This document shows, piece after piece, positions 8,359-17,470 of a stretch of DNA of 64,000 nt. Source of the DNA: a virus; IMG/VR virus record IMGVR_UViG_3300021964_000014; one strand, 5' to 3'. Under the pieces are notes generated by a model. That model did not search any database. It was not told the DNA's origin and saw only the letters and a list, made by a program, of their open reading frames with translations. The position numbers and the translations under genes are program-made. Positions within the stretch are counted from its first letter, which is position 1. Every line of letters starts with the position of its first letter.

Positions 8359-11300
8359 TTATTCCGCTTGATTAGGATCCCATGCTTGAAAGTGCATGTA
8401 ATCATAGTTTTTCTCAGTTCCTAAATTATAAAAACCGTGTTTTTTAAATATAGCTAAGAATTCCTTATATTCTTCTCGTGCAAATTCAGCTTTATCTCTT
8501 TTCCACTCTAATTTATTATTATCAGCATCAAAATCTAATGCAATACCCCACGAATGTGTACTTTTTGTAGATCCATTTCTTTTATTTCTATCATTAAACG
8601 ATCCTTGATAAATATTAAGATTATAATCTTTTATTTTTTCAACACCATATGCTGTTTTAATCTCTTTCAAAGCATTTTCTAAATTACTAGCAATATCTTT
8701 ATGTATTCTTATACTCTTTACTGGTTTACCTAAGTAGGTAAGGTTGTAGCCTATTGGTACTTTGACTGATGTAAGGACTGATGTATCACCTGGTTCGCCG
8801 TAAGTATCTCTTAGGTTTTTCTGTATTGATGAATTATTGTTTTTACCGTTATCTGCATCTTGTTTTTCGGGCGGTGAATCGTTATCAAGTAACTTTTTAG
8901 TATCGACGTCTGGAAGCATAAACATTTTGGTTTTAATGTCTGTTTCCCATCTATTATCAGTTCCTATACCATGTTCTACTTGAGTTATAACAAAACCTAT
9001 TAACCCTTGATACCTTTTAGGGAGTACGTTTCCTCCTACTACAAAAGCTTCTCCTGGTCTAAATCCTGTCATTCCTCCTAAAGTAAAGCTTAAATCTATA
9101 GGGATTAAACCATCATAAGATCTAGGGTTCCCTGTAGAGGTTGATTCATCGTTTTTTATTAATGACCTAGTATGCGTCATATAAAAAGTATGGTCGGAAC
9201 TTATAGAACTAAATGTATCTTCAACAGCATAGTTCTTCAAATACTCTGCATATGTAGTTGATATTTTTTCAATAGCGGCGTTTCTGTTTCTACTTATTTC
9301 ATTGTCTTTTGCAGCTTTTGCCATAGCTGCTTCGTCGGAATAATCTGGTACTTCTTCATACCTGTCTACTAGTCCTTCGTTATATTTAAAAAGACCCTCT
9401 ATTCCTGCTCCGTTACCGGAACTACTAGATGCTATAGATAACATACTAGCTAATTTACTAGAAATTTTACTATTTAAACTAAAGTTTGTTACTAGACTAT
9501 TCTTACCTATTAAATTTATTATAGGCATGTCCTTTTTCTTAGTTACCGGTTCGTATAGGTTTCTATCTATGATTATCCATTTCTGAGATTTACCGTCTAA
9601 GTGTAGGTCTAATTTTGAAATATTTCCAAATGCAGTTGATACATCGCTTAATACTTTTTTATAAAATGAAAATATAGATTGTACTTTATCATTATTATTT
9701 TTTTTCTCATCTAAAAAAGCTCTTTGTAAGCTTATAAGGTAATCAAAACTAACAAATAAAAAGTAAGGGGAATCCATACTAAATGAAGTTGGGTATCCTT
9801 GGCTAAGTTTTGAATAAGCGCTTATGCACTCGAATGGAGCGTCTACTTCAACACCATACCTATTTCCTCCGTATAGTTGTTTCGGTGATGGACCTCTATC
9901 CCCAGTACCCTCGTCATAAGGTTTCCCGAAGGAGTAAGGGTTATTAGAAATATTTCCAGAAAACGTTACGTATTTAGAAACTTTAGGATTTGTTCCAAAT
10001 GTAGATACCGGTTTTTCTTTAGAATCGGTTAGTCCATCTACAAATAATCTATTCAGACAGGCTGCTAAACCTACCAATGATATGTACACAGTAAATCCTT
10101 TAGTTTTAAAAGAAGTTTTTTCATTCCCATCGTCGTCGTATTCTTGTTGTTTAACATATCTAAAGGCACTTGTAAAAGTATTAACCTTTAAAGTATTTTT
10201 GGGAATGTTATATGTTTTTTCTACCTCTTCAATAGTTAATGGAGCTTTTTCTAAAGTTTCTTTTTTTCTTTCTTCTGCTTCTTCAGATGATATATCACCA
10301 GAGATGTATTCGCCAGTCACCTCAAGATTACTTAATGTATTTATTTTTTCAATCGATTCTTTTTGACTATCACTATAGACTAAAGCCTTACAGCTTTTAA
10401 AAAAGTTAATAAGTAAGTCAGATGATGGGTCTTTCCCGGATACGTTTTTTCGGGCTGAGCTAGTTTTACTGTCGTATTTAATGGTCGATATAGATTCCAT
10501 TACTTCACCAGAGGTAATAAGCTTTAAAGTACAATCATAGGAACCATCCATGTTAAGGTCCCATGAAAAGTTTATTACTTTTCCAAGCAATCCCTCGTAG
10601 TTGTAACCAGACTCTTTCTTGTTTTCTTCTATCTTTTCTAAAATTTTTTCTTTTGCAGTTCCATTTAAAAATGAACTTGACATGCCGAAAGTATGAGTAG
10701 TAACTTTTCCATTTTTATCTAAGTACGCTGCATTTCCGAATTCAAGTAACATATCAAATCCGGGTCTAAAATATAGGTTTTCTAAAATAGATATTTGCTC
10801 TTGATTATGAGCTACTATATTTATTTCCATTTCCTTTAAAGACCCGTAAGTGCTTTTTGACTTAACTTTAAGTTCTGTAATACCCATCATAGGTTTAAAC
10901 CCTGTATCAGGAGTACTAGCGTATATTGAATTTACACCGTAGGGATTATCAGATTGAGATAAGTCTACTCTAGACCTACGTTTACCTTTGATCTTACCAT
11001 CTTCATCGTAGTTAAAAGCTAAAACACCACCTTCAAGTACGTTGTTACGAGCTAATACATTAGTTTTATTATTTAATGCTTTACGGTTATTATTTATGTT
11101 ATCAGAAGCTAATTGACCGTAGTAGTAGTTATACTGGTATTGTTTAGTATCTGCTTCATATTTTATCGTCTCTTCATCTAAAACATTAACAGAGGAAGTT
11201 AATCTTATCCATGCGCCTTTGCTATTAAATAACATACGGTGCCTTGAATCAATACCATTAGGGAAAGCATCATCATGATCATCTCCAATAACTTTTTGCC

Positions 11301-11367
11301 TTAATTCTAGTTGATCTTTAACACCTTTATTTAAAGGTATACCGAATATTCTTTGATCTTGCGACAT
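8359..11367 (-). CDS. Baseplate hub / tail-associated protein with C-terminal M15-family peptidoglycan peptidase
   Basis: C-terminal STHSWGIALDF...DYMHFQ zinc-peptidase motif; hub-like FVITQVEHGI...WETDIKT; position after LysM gene. Confidence 0.78.
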   Translation of the reverse strand: MSQDQRIFGIPLNKGVKDQLELRQKVIGDDHDDAFPNGIDSRHRMLFNSKGAWIRLTSSVNVLDEETIKYEADTKQYQYNYYYGQLASDNINNNRKALNNKTNVLARNNVLEGGVLAFNYDEDGKIKGKRRSRVDLSQSDNPYGVNSIYASTPDTGFKPMMGITELKVKSKSTYGSLKEMEINIVAHNQEQISILENLYFRPGFDMLLEFGNAAYLDKNGKVTTHTFGMSSSFLNGTAKEKILEKIEENKKESGYNYEGLLGKVINFSWDLNMDGSYDCTLKLITSGEVMESISTIKYDSKTSSARKNVSGKDPSSDLLINFFKSCKALVYSDSQKESIEKINTLSNLEVTGEYISGDISSEEAEERKKETLEKAPLTIEEVEKTYNIPKNTLKVNTFTSAFRYVKQQEYDDDGNEKTSFKTKGFTVYISLVGLAACLNRLFVDGLTDSKEKPVSTFGTNPKVSKYVTFSGNISNNPYSFGKPYDEGTGDRGPSPKQLYGGNRYGVEVDAPFECISAYSKLSQGYPTSFSMDSPYFLFVSFDYLISLQRAFLDEKKNNNDKVQSIFSFYKKVLSDVSTAFGNISKLDLHLDGKSQKWIIIDRNLYEPVTKKKDMPIINLIGKNSLVTNFSLNSKISSKLASMLSIASSSSGNGAGIEGLFKYNEGLVDRYEEVPDYSDEAAMAKAAKDNEISRNRNAAIEKISTTYAEYLKNYAVEDTFSSISSDHTFYMTHTRSLIKNDESTSTGNPRSYDGLIPIDLSFTLGGMTGFRPGEAFVVGGNVLPKRYQGLIGFVITQVEHGIGTDNRWETDIKTKMFMLPDVDTKKLLDNDSPPEKQDADNGKNNNSSIQKNLRDTYGEPGDTSVLTSVKVPIGYNLTYLGKPVKSIRIHKDIASNLENALKEIKTAYGVEKIKDYNLNIYQGSFNDRNKRNGSTKSTHSWGIALDFDADNNKLEWKRDKAEFAREEYKEFLAIFKKHGFYNLGTEKNYDYMHFQAWDPNQAE

Positions 11368-11669
11368 TATCTTTCACGATTTACTTCATTAAATTCCAAA
11401 AGTACCTGTTCTATATCCATTGGAATTCTTAACTGTACACCTGGTTTAATTGTGAGAGAATCTTTTTTTATATTATTAGTCCCTGCAATAATCCACCAAA
11501 GGGTAGGATTTTGGTAGTACTCTAATGCTAAAGTATCAAACCTATCACCTGCAGATGTAATAACGTATATATCAGAAGATTTAGGTGTTATACGTGGAAA
11601 TATAACATTTCTATTATATAGAGTGCCATCTTGGGTTGGTAGTAACGGTATATTATTATATCTATTCAT
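11367..11669 (-). CDS. LysM-like baseplate protein (gp53/tail X-like)
   Basis: GDRFDTLALEYYQNPTLWWIIAGTN...PGVQLRIP. Confidence 0.85.
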   Translation of the reverse strand: MNRYNNIPLLPTQDGTLYNRNVIFPRITPKSSDIYVITSAGDRFDTLALEYYQNPTLWWIIAGTNNIKKDSLTIKPGVQLRIPMDIEQVLLEFNEVNRER

Positions 11670-11675
11670 AACTTA

Positions 11676-13181
11676 TTAATTTTCATTGGCGGTTACAACT
11701 ATTTCTTCCATTGCAGTGTCAGTACCAAAGTTTTCGACAAATAAATCATTCTTCCTACCTATAAACCTACTAGCAGCTTTAGGAATAGACATGTGTATCG
11801 GTTTAAAGGATACTGATATATCTAAAATAGTAGGAAGCTCTCGGCCGGGGTCGTTATTAAACCTAGTATTCCATTGATAATCTGTATCCCAAGAGATATC
11901 TACGCTTTCAATAAACCCTAACTGATCTTGTAAATAATCACCGATGGTAACTGCCATAAAAGTACCTCTCTGAAAGCTATTACCAACATAAGAAGGAGCT
12001 GTTGAAGAGGCAAAGATGTTAAGTTTGTTATATAACACTTCAAGCTCTACTGCTGAAGAGGCAGCTATTTTAAAGCCAAAAGAAATAGACCTATCAAACC
12101 CTGCATAAGTATGAAAATCTTCAGCACGGCCTACGTACTTATATGCATTCCAATCCCCTGAGAAGTTATCATTAAAAGAATCTAGATAGGCTCTAAAATC
12201 CATCCTTGTTAATTTTGGTTCTGCTCCTGGTGTTCTTCCAGGTTCTATTAATTTAAAATAAAATTTTATTAAATCTCCACCACCAAAAAATTCTGATTGT
12301 AGTTCATCGTCTAAATTTAATGTTAATTCTTCATGTCTGGATAGCTCTGTTCGTAGTGGAATGGTGTTATTAATAGCATCAGCAGGTAAAGTGTAATCAC
12401 CATTAATAGTAGATGCTCCAAATCCTAATTGATTTTGATTAAAAAACTTACTAGCAAATAATGCATCTTCTTTTTGAAAATACGCCAATTTTTCGTCTTT
12501 AGGTTTATCAATAGTTTCCTCTAGGCCAGGAGAGGTTCCTAGAAATGCGCCTATTACACTGTCAGCTGCAGCTCTTGTATCTAGGAGTGGAAACGTAGTT
12601 GTACGGGGTTCTAATACGGAACCAGATGGGCTAGATATTTTTTGTTCAATATCTTTTTGATACCTACTTAATATAGCACCAGATTTAGTTAAATCATTTG
12701 GGTCTTCAAAAATACTACTAGAAGCTTGAAAATTATCAGCTCCAATACTTATAGCTGCACCGTTTCTAGATAATACATGTCCTTGAATTTCAGGTAAGTA
12801 TCCTTTTTTGCCTGCAAAACTTTCCACAAAATGTGTTCCTGTGCCATTCACAGGTACTTGAGCTAGTGTTGATGCTAATGATGTTGCTGTGCTTCCTAAA
12901 CCGCTTAAAATTCTACCTCCTGCAGTTTTGTTATCGAACTTACTAGAAATATTTTTTTCTATTACGTTTAAAGCAGCTTGATTAGCTAAATGTTTTAATC
13001 CTGGGGCTGTTGTTAATAATTTACCAATCCTTACTAGATCATCTTTTCGGCGTTCAAATTCCATAGAAAGACCGGATGAATCAGGTGGATTGAGTATACT
13101 TTTAGTTATCAGTGGACTTTCAGCACCAAAATCACCATATTTTAAAGACTTTAGATTAGTAGTTATATCTATTAAAGGCAT
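11676..13181 (-). CDS. Putative baseplate / tube-initiator protein
   Basis: C-terminal FRAYLDSFND...YVGRAE...FDRSISFGF...ELPTILDISVSF resembles a tube-fold domain; lies between tape measure and LysM genes. Confidence 0.6.
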   Translation of the reverse strand: MPLIDITTNLKSLKYGDFGAESPLITKSILNPPDSSGLSMEFERRKDDLVRIGKLLTTAPGLKHLANQAALNVIEKNISSKFDNKTAGGRILSGLGSTATSLASTLAQVPVNGTGTHFVESFAGKKGYLPEIQGHVLSRNGAAISIGADNFQASSSIFEDPNDLTKSGAILSRYQKDIEQKISSPSGSVLEPRTTTFPLLDTRAAADSVIGAFLGTSPGLEETIDKPKDEKLAYFQKEDALFASKFFNQNQLGFGASTINGDYTLPADAINNTIPLRTELSRHEELTLNLDDELQSEFFGGGDLIKFYFKLIEPGRTPGAEPKLTRMDFRAYLDSFNDNFSGDWNAYKYVGRAEDFHTYAGFDRSISFGFKIAASSAVELEVLYNKLNIFASSTAPSYVGNSFQRGTFMAVTIGDYLQDQLGFIESVDISWDTDYQWNTRFNNDPGRELPTILDISVSFKPIHMSIPKAASRFIGRKNDLFVENFGTDTAMEEIVVTANEN

Positions 13182-13200
13182 TAAATATGTGTTTTAATTC

Positions 13201-13440
13201 TTATTTTGTTCGGTCTTGTGCTCTTGCAGAGATTCCTTGTTCTGGTAGGTTATCTAAATAGTTATCAGAAGGTTTTTTACCTTTCAAACTCAACTCTGAC
13301 TGACCTGCTAAAATATCAGGATTATCTGTGATAGACGACTGAAAGTGTAGAGTAGAAGTTTTTTGTGCTCCATCTCTCTTATCAGGTGTTGATCCTTTTA
13401 ACCCTAGTACTGAATCTTTAATTTTTGTAATTAGTGACAT
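13201..13440 (-). CDS. Small hypothetical protein with internal duplicated motif
   Basis: SVLGLKGSTP / SELSLKGKKP repeat; preceded by a TATTTAT element. Confidence 0.7.
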   Translation of the reverse strand: MSLITKIKDSVLGLKGSTPDKRDGAQKTSTLHFQSSITDNPDILAGQSELSLKGKKPSDNYLDNLPEQGISARAQDRTK

Positions 13441-13467
13441 AGTTATTGATTTTTATTATAAATAGTG

Positions 13468-15828
13468 TTAAGTACTAAGTTTAGAACTAAGTACTAAAGC
13501 TTCTCCAACTTTACTACCGTCTATATAAACGTTTCCTCCTTTTTCAACAATAGATATTAACTTATCTATTTTTTGCATTAATTTTTCTGTTCCTAAACCG
13601 CCATTTCCACCGTTTAGGTTAGTACCTGCTACAATTGAATCTTTTTTATCTAATTGAATAGATCCTTTTTGCCCAGATACCATTAATCCACCGGAAGGAT
13701 CAATTACTCCATCTTTGATTTTCTTTGAACTGCCAGCTGCTTTTTTAGAGCTACTCATCAACAATGCTGAACCTGCAGCTATTCCTCCTAGTATGGGTAG
13801 CATACCTAAACCTAAAGTACTGGCTGATGCTGTTGTCATAGCACTTATAGCAGTAATGGTTGATTTAATAGCCATCCCGGCCATTATACCTACTACTGCT
13901 GCTGCTATACCTTTAATTAACCCTAAATTTTTTGAAATTGATTGGAATACACCAGCTATACTTCTAACTACTCCTGCAAGATCAAAGTTCTTATCAAATA
14001 CTTCAGCAAAAGTTTCTTTTACTCTATCCATTGCTGCTTGGAATTCTTGCTGGGCTGTTAGTCTTTCTAATGCAGCAGCTGCATCTTCTTCATTGGCGGT
14101 TTGAGAGAGTAATCTATTAGCTTCAGCTGTTTTTCCTTCTGCTCTTAATTGTGCTACTCTTTCTTTTATTTGTTTTTGCGTTTCTTTACCAAGTTTATTT
14201 ATATTTTGCTCTTGCAATAGTGAATTAGCTAGTTCATCAGCTGTCATTCCTACAGCATCTGCAAGTGCTTGTTGCTGTACTACGTTAAGATCTTGAAAGT
14301 CTGATAGAGAACCTACTTGTTTTCTTATTTCTGCTGCTGCTCCTGCAGCATCTCCTTGTAATGCTAGAGCTCTTGCTCTACTTAAATTTAAATCTCTTCC
14401 TAGTAGTACTTCAGCTTCCATTTCGTTACTTAACGATTGTTCGAAGTCAAGCATACTAGATGACATTTTTGCAGCTTGAGATAAATTTAACCCAAGTTTA
14501 CGTACTTGTGTTACTGCTTTAGCTATTAATTTTGGGTTATTACCGTAGTTGGCAGCCAGTTGTCCTTCTGTCTTTGCTACTTCATCTATAACACCTTTTT
14601 GGTCTAACTGTATACCGGTTTGCATTTTTAATGCTTGGGTTGTAGAGATAATAGATTTTAATGAATCAGCTGAAGATTTCCCGCTAGCCATAGAAAGAGA
14701 CTGAAGTCTACCGGCGGTAGCTTCTTCAAGTCCCATATTGTTTACCATTTTTACCTGGTCTTCTAACTGCTGTTTGCTAAATCCTCTAGTTACTCCCATT
14801 GCGGAAGCTAATGAACCTTGTGCTTTGATTAAATTTTTAGTAGTAGCTAATACATTATCGGAAGATTCTTTAATACCTTTAAACTGGGTATACATTGCTT
14901 TAGACTCAGTAACGCTTAAGCTCATGCTTTTAGCGATAGTAGTCTGTTTTTCATCTATACCAAATGCAGCATCTTTTAAAAATTTAAACATTCCAACGAA
15001 CAATGTCATTGGTGCAAATGCTTTCATTAAAGCTTTACCTCCTGCTGCAAAGGATTGTAGTCCGTTACCTCCTTCTCTAGCTGTATCTTTAGCAGCTTGT
15101 GCTGCTTTCTCAAATGGTCCTGATAAACCAGATAAACCTGGTATGGATTTAACTACTCCGGCTAATGTTGAAAACCCGGCTGCTTTTCTTTCTATTTCTT
15201 TTTCAAATCCGAGACGTTCCTCTGTCTTTTTAGTAAGTTTATCTAATTCATTACCTTGAGAAAAATATAAGGCTAAGAGTTCTCTTTCTACATCTGAAAG
15301 TCCTTCTTTTCTACTTATACTTTTTAGAATATCGTCATTTATCTGCTCTTCTTTTTTACCTCGAAGTTCACCAAACTTAACAATTTTTTCGACTTGTTGA
15401 GACATGCTATCAAATCCTTTGATTTGTTTAGCACCTTCCACAACTCTTTGTTTATTTTCTTGTACTCTTTTTTGTAAGTTTTTAAGATCTTTTACGCCAA
15501 GTTTTGTAATTTCCTGTTCATCAAACTTTAACTTTTCTGCATCTTTAACAAGACTATTAAAAGCCTTATTAAGGTCTTTTTGAGATTTGTCTTGACCGGT
15601 AATCTCTTTTGTAATATTTTTTAATGTACCATAAAGACCAGAAGCTGAACCGGCTAATTGATCCATTGCTGCTCGAGCATCATCGATATCGCCTGGTAGG
15701 CTTTTAAGCTGTTTTACAGCTTGTTCATCAGATAACTTCAAAGGCTCCTTGTTCATCTTCATTCTAAGGGTGTTGAGCTCTTTAAGTAACTTTAATGCTT
15801 CCTGTAATTTTTTTGGATCTTCGGCCAT
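13468..15828 (-). CDS. Tail tape measure protein
   Basis: 786 aa, Ala/Lys/Gln-rich helical with hydrophobic segments; downstream of tube and chaperone genes. Confidence 0.82.
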   Translation of the reverse strand: MAEDPKKLQEALKLLKELNTLRMKMNKEPLKLSDEQAVKQLKSLPGDIDDARAAMDQLAGSASGLYGTLKNITKEITGQDKSQKDLNKAFNSLVKDAEKLKFDEQEITKLGVKDLKNLQKRVQENKQRVVEGAKQIKGFDSMSQQVEKIVKFGELRGKKEEQINDDILKSISRKEGLSDVERELLALYFSQGNELDKLTKKTEERLGFEKEIERKAAGFSTLAGVVKSIPGLSGLSGPFEKAAQAAKDTAREGGNGLQSFAAGGKALMKAFAPMTLFVGMFKFLKDAAFGIDEKQTTIAKSMSLSVTESKAMYTQFKGIKESSDNVLATTKNLIKAQGSLASAMGVTRGFSKQQLEDQVKMVNNMGLEEATAGRLQSLSMASGKSSADSLKSIISTTQALKMQTGIQLDQKGVIDEVAKTEGQLAANYGNNPKLIAKAVTQVRKLGLNLSQAAKMSSSMLDFEQSLSNEMEAEVLLGRDLNLSRARALALQGDAAGAAAEIRKQVGSLSDFQDLNVVQQQALADAVGMTADELANSLLQEQNINKLGKETQKQIKERVAQLRAEGKTAEANRLLSQTANEEDAAAALERLTAQQEFQAAMDRVKETFAEVFDKNFDLAGVVRSIAGVFQSISKNLGLIKGIAAAVVGIMAGMAIKSTITAISAMTTASASTLGLGMLPILGGIAAGSALLMSSSKKAAGSSKKIKDGVIDPSGGLMVSGQKGSIQLDKKDSIVAGTNLNGGNGGLGTEKLMQKIDKLISIVEKGGNVYIDGSKVGEALVLSSKLST

Positions 15829-15850
15829 GTACTCTTTTTATATAAATAGG

Positions 15851-15877
15851 AAAGGCCTCTATTTGGAAGGGGCCTTT
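15851..15877 (-). terminator. Hairpin AAAGGCCCCT-N7-AGAGGCCTTT, probable terminator
   Basis: Near-perfect inverted repeat spanning the stop of the 15859 ORF, directly followed by a TATTTATA element. Confidence 0.5.
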
Positions 15878-16114
15878 GCTCTATATGTAGGAATTTTAAT
15901 TTTGGAACTAGTATTCTTTATATTTTTATTTTCTTTTTCAATATTTTCGTTAACCTTATTGAAATGTTCTTTTAATTGATTAAAAGTAAAATTTCTCAAC
16001 CAGATAGGCATTTGATAAACTTCAGTCCAAGTGTACCCTCCGCCACCGTGAAATACTATTTCGTGGATGGTTTTAAATAACTGTGATCTATATTCGGACG
16101 TCAGGCCAAAAAAA
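15859..16114 (-). CDS. C-terminal extension of tail assembly chaperone, probably reached by frameshift
   Basis: ORF lacks a credible start (only an upstream TTG); overlaps the chaperone end at a U7 run; sits just before the tape measure gene. Confidence 0.65.
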
Positions 16115-16831
16115 GCTAAGAGTAATCGGCAGCGTAACAACGTCCTCCCTACCGTCTAGCTGCACTTCTAAATCGACGTCTGGGCTAATTCTTGTATACT
16201 CTGCTCTAAGTGCTCTAGCATCCGACGCTAATAAATAATTATCAACAAATTCTCTTATATCTTTATTTTCTTTTAATCCATTTACAGAAGTAAGCATATG
16301 TTTATATCTAGTAGTCCCAGTAGGATCTGCTTCTTTGTTTAACTTCTGTAGGCCGATTACTTCTCTTTCTATATTCTGTTCATCCTTATGATTAAGGAGT
16401 TTAAAAGTAACTTTATTTTCAGTAGCAGGTAAAATAAACTCAAATTCATTTGAGCCTGCGTTCTCTTCTACTTCTTTTAATAAAGGTTTATTTTCAATAG
16501 TAGTTAAATCTATAGTCTCTTCTTTACCTCTATAGTTAAATTCATAATTTTTTCCATATGCTAGTATTCTTGCAACTAACATAATTGCATTTTTATCACC
16601 GGTTAGTAATGAATTGTAATCTACTTTTTTATCTACTATAAGAGATTGTAAGAGTTTATCGATTACTACACCTTTCTGTATATAGTTTTGATTTGAAAGA
16701 ATATCTTCTTCTTTCGCAGTCATATACTTTATCTCTACTTTACCTGTAGCTAATGCTGAATCTTTAGGGTAGAACAAGCCTTTTGAGGGTAAATCTACTG
16801 TTTCAGTAGGCAGTTTAAATTTTGGTTCCAT
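16088..16831 (-). CDS. Tail/baseplate assembly chaperone (gp26-like)
   Basis: LPSKGLFYP, MTAKEEDIL, LLTGDKNAIM and terminal FFWP. Start reassigned to ATG (MEPKF) because the track's TTG lies inside a promoter/terminator. Confidence 0.78.
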   Translation of the reverse strand: MEPKFKLPTETVDLPSKGLFYPKDSALATGKVEIKYMTAKEEDILSNQNYIQKGVVIDKLLQSLIVDKKVDYNSLLTGDKNAIMLVARILAYGKNYEFNYRGKEETIDLTTIENKPLLKEVEENAGSNEFEFILPATENKVTFKLLNHKDEQNIEREVIGLQKLNKEADPTGTTRYKHMLTSVNGLKENKDIREFVDNYLLASDARALRAEYTRISPDVDLEVQLDGREDVVTLPITLSFFWPDVRI

Positions 16832-16863
16832 AAATTTTATTTCGTTATAACTTAGTTTATATA

Positions 16864-16895
16864 TAAATATACGAAGAAAATATTTTATAAACAAC
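16864..16895 (-). promoter_or_regulatory. Putative host-sigma promoter GTTG-N20-TATATTTA overlapping a TATTTATA element
   Basis: Same 20-nt spacing as the three other copies. Confidence 0.65.
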
Positions 16896-16919
16896 AAAAA
16901 ACCCGGAAAAATTCCGGGT
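16896..16919 (-). terminator. Intrinsic terminator after tail tube gene
   Basis: ACCCGGAA-TTT-TTCCGGGT stem followed by a T run on the minus strand. Confidence 0.85.
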
Positions 16920-16945
16920 CTTAAGTTCAGGTAGGTATTTAATTT

Positions 16946-17431
16946 TTAGTAGTTCAATACGCAGTAGTCCATTGCTATAGTAATTGAGATCTCAACTGCT
17001 TCATCAGAAGTCCAGTCATACTGACCAAAATCACCGTTTGATAAAATAGCTCCTTTGATGATCCATTCTCCTACTATGTCACCAACAGGTCCTAATATAT
17101 TTAAGGTTAGATCCTTTTTGTAGAAATCAGAATAACCAGCTCTACCAGTTACTGATTCGTATCCTAATCTTGCCCATTCCATTACGGCTTGAGCTCCAGA
17201 AGGAGTTACTGGATCGTAAAGAGTCATGGTCATATCATCCCATTCTCTCTTACCTCTGATTTTTCTATATGAATTGATGTGGTCTAATTTGATAACGTTA
17301 TCGGTAAAGGTAGGAGCTTTAACATTCTTAACCATAAAGGAAGGAATGTTGTCGATATACATTACAAATCTGTTTTGTACTTTCGGTTCGAAAGCTTTAA
17401 ACATTATTTCGTTAGGATCTAATACTGCCAT
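16946..17431 (-). CDS. Tail tube protein (gp19-like)
   Basis: EPKVQNRF, WDDMTMTLYDP, YKKDLTL and EWIIKGA motifs; follows sheath. Confidence 0.9.
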   Translation of the reverse strand: MAVLDPNEIMFKAFEPKVQNRFVMYIDNIPSFMVKNVKAPTFTDNVIKLDHINSYRKIRGKREWDDMTMTLYDPVTPSGAQAVMEWARLGYESVTGRAGYSDFYKKDLTLNILGPVGDIVGEWIIKGAILSNGDFGQYDWTSDEAVEISITIAMDYCVLNY

Positions 17432-17470
17432 TTTTATTTATTCTTTATTATAAATATCTAGTTTTTAAAT

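Noticed and set aside
16832-16897. N-terminal extension MLFIKYF... of the tail chaperone
   Set aside because: The TTG start falls inside a terminator/promoter overlap; the ATG at 16831 is more plausible.
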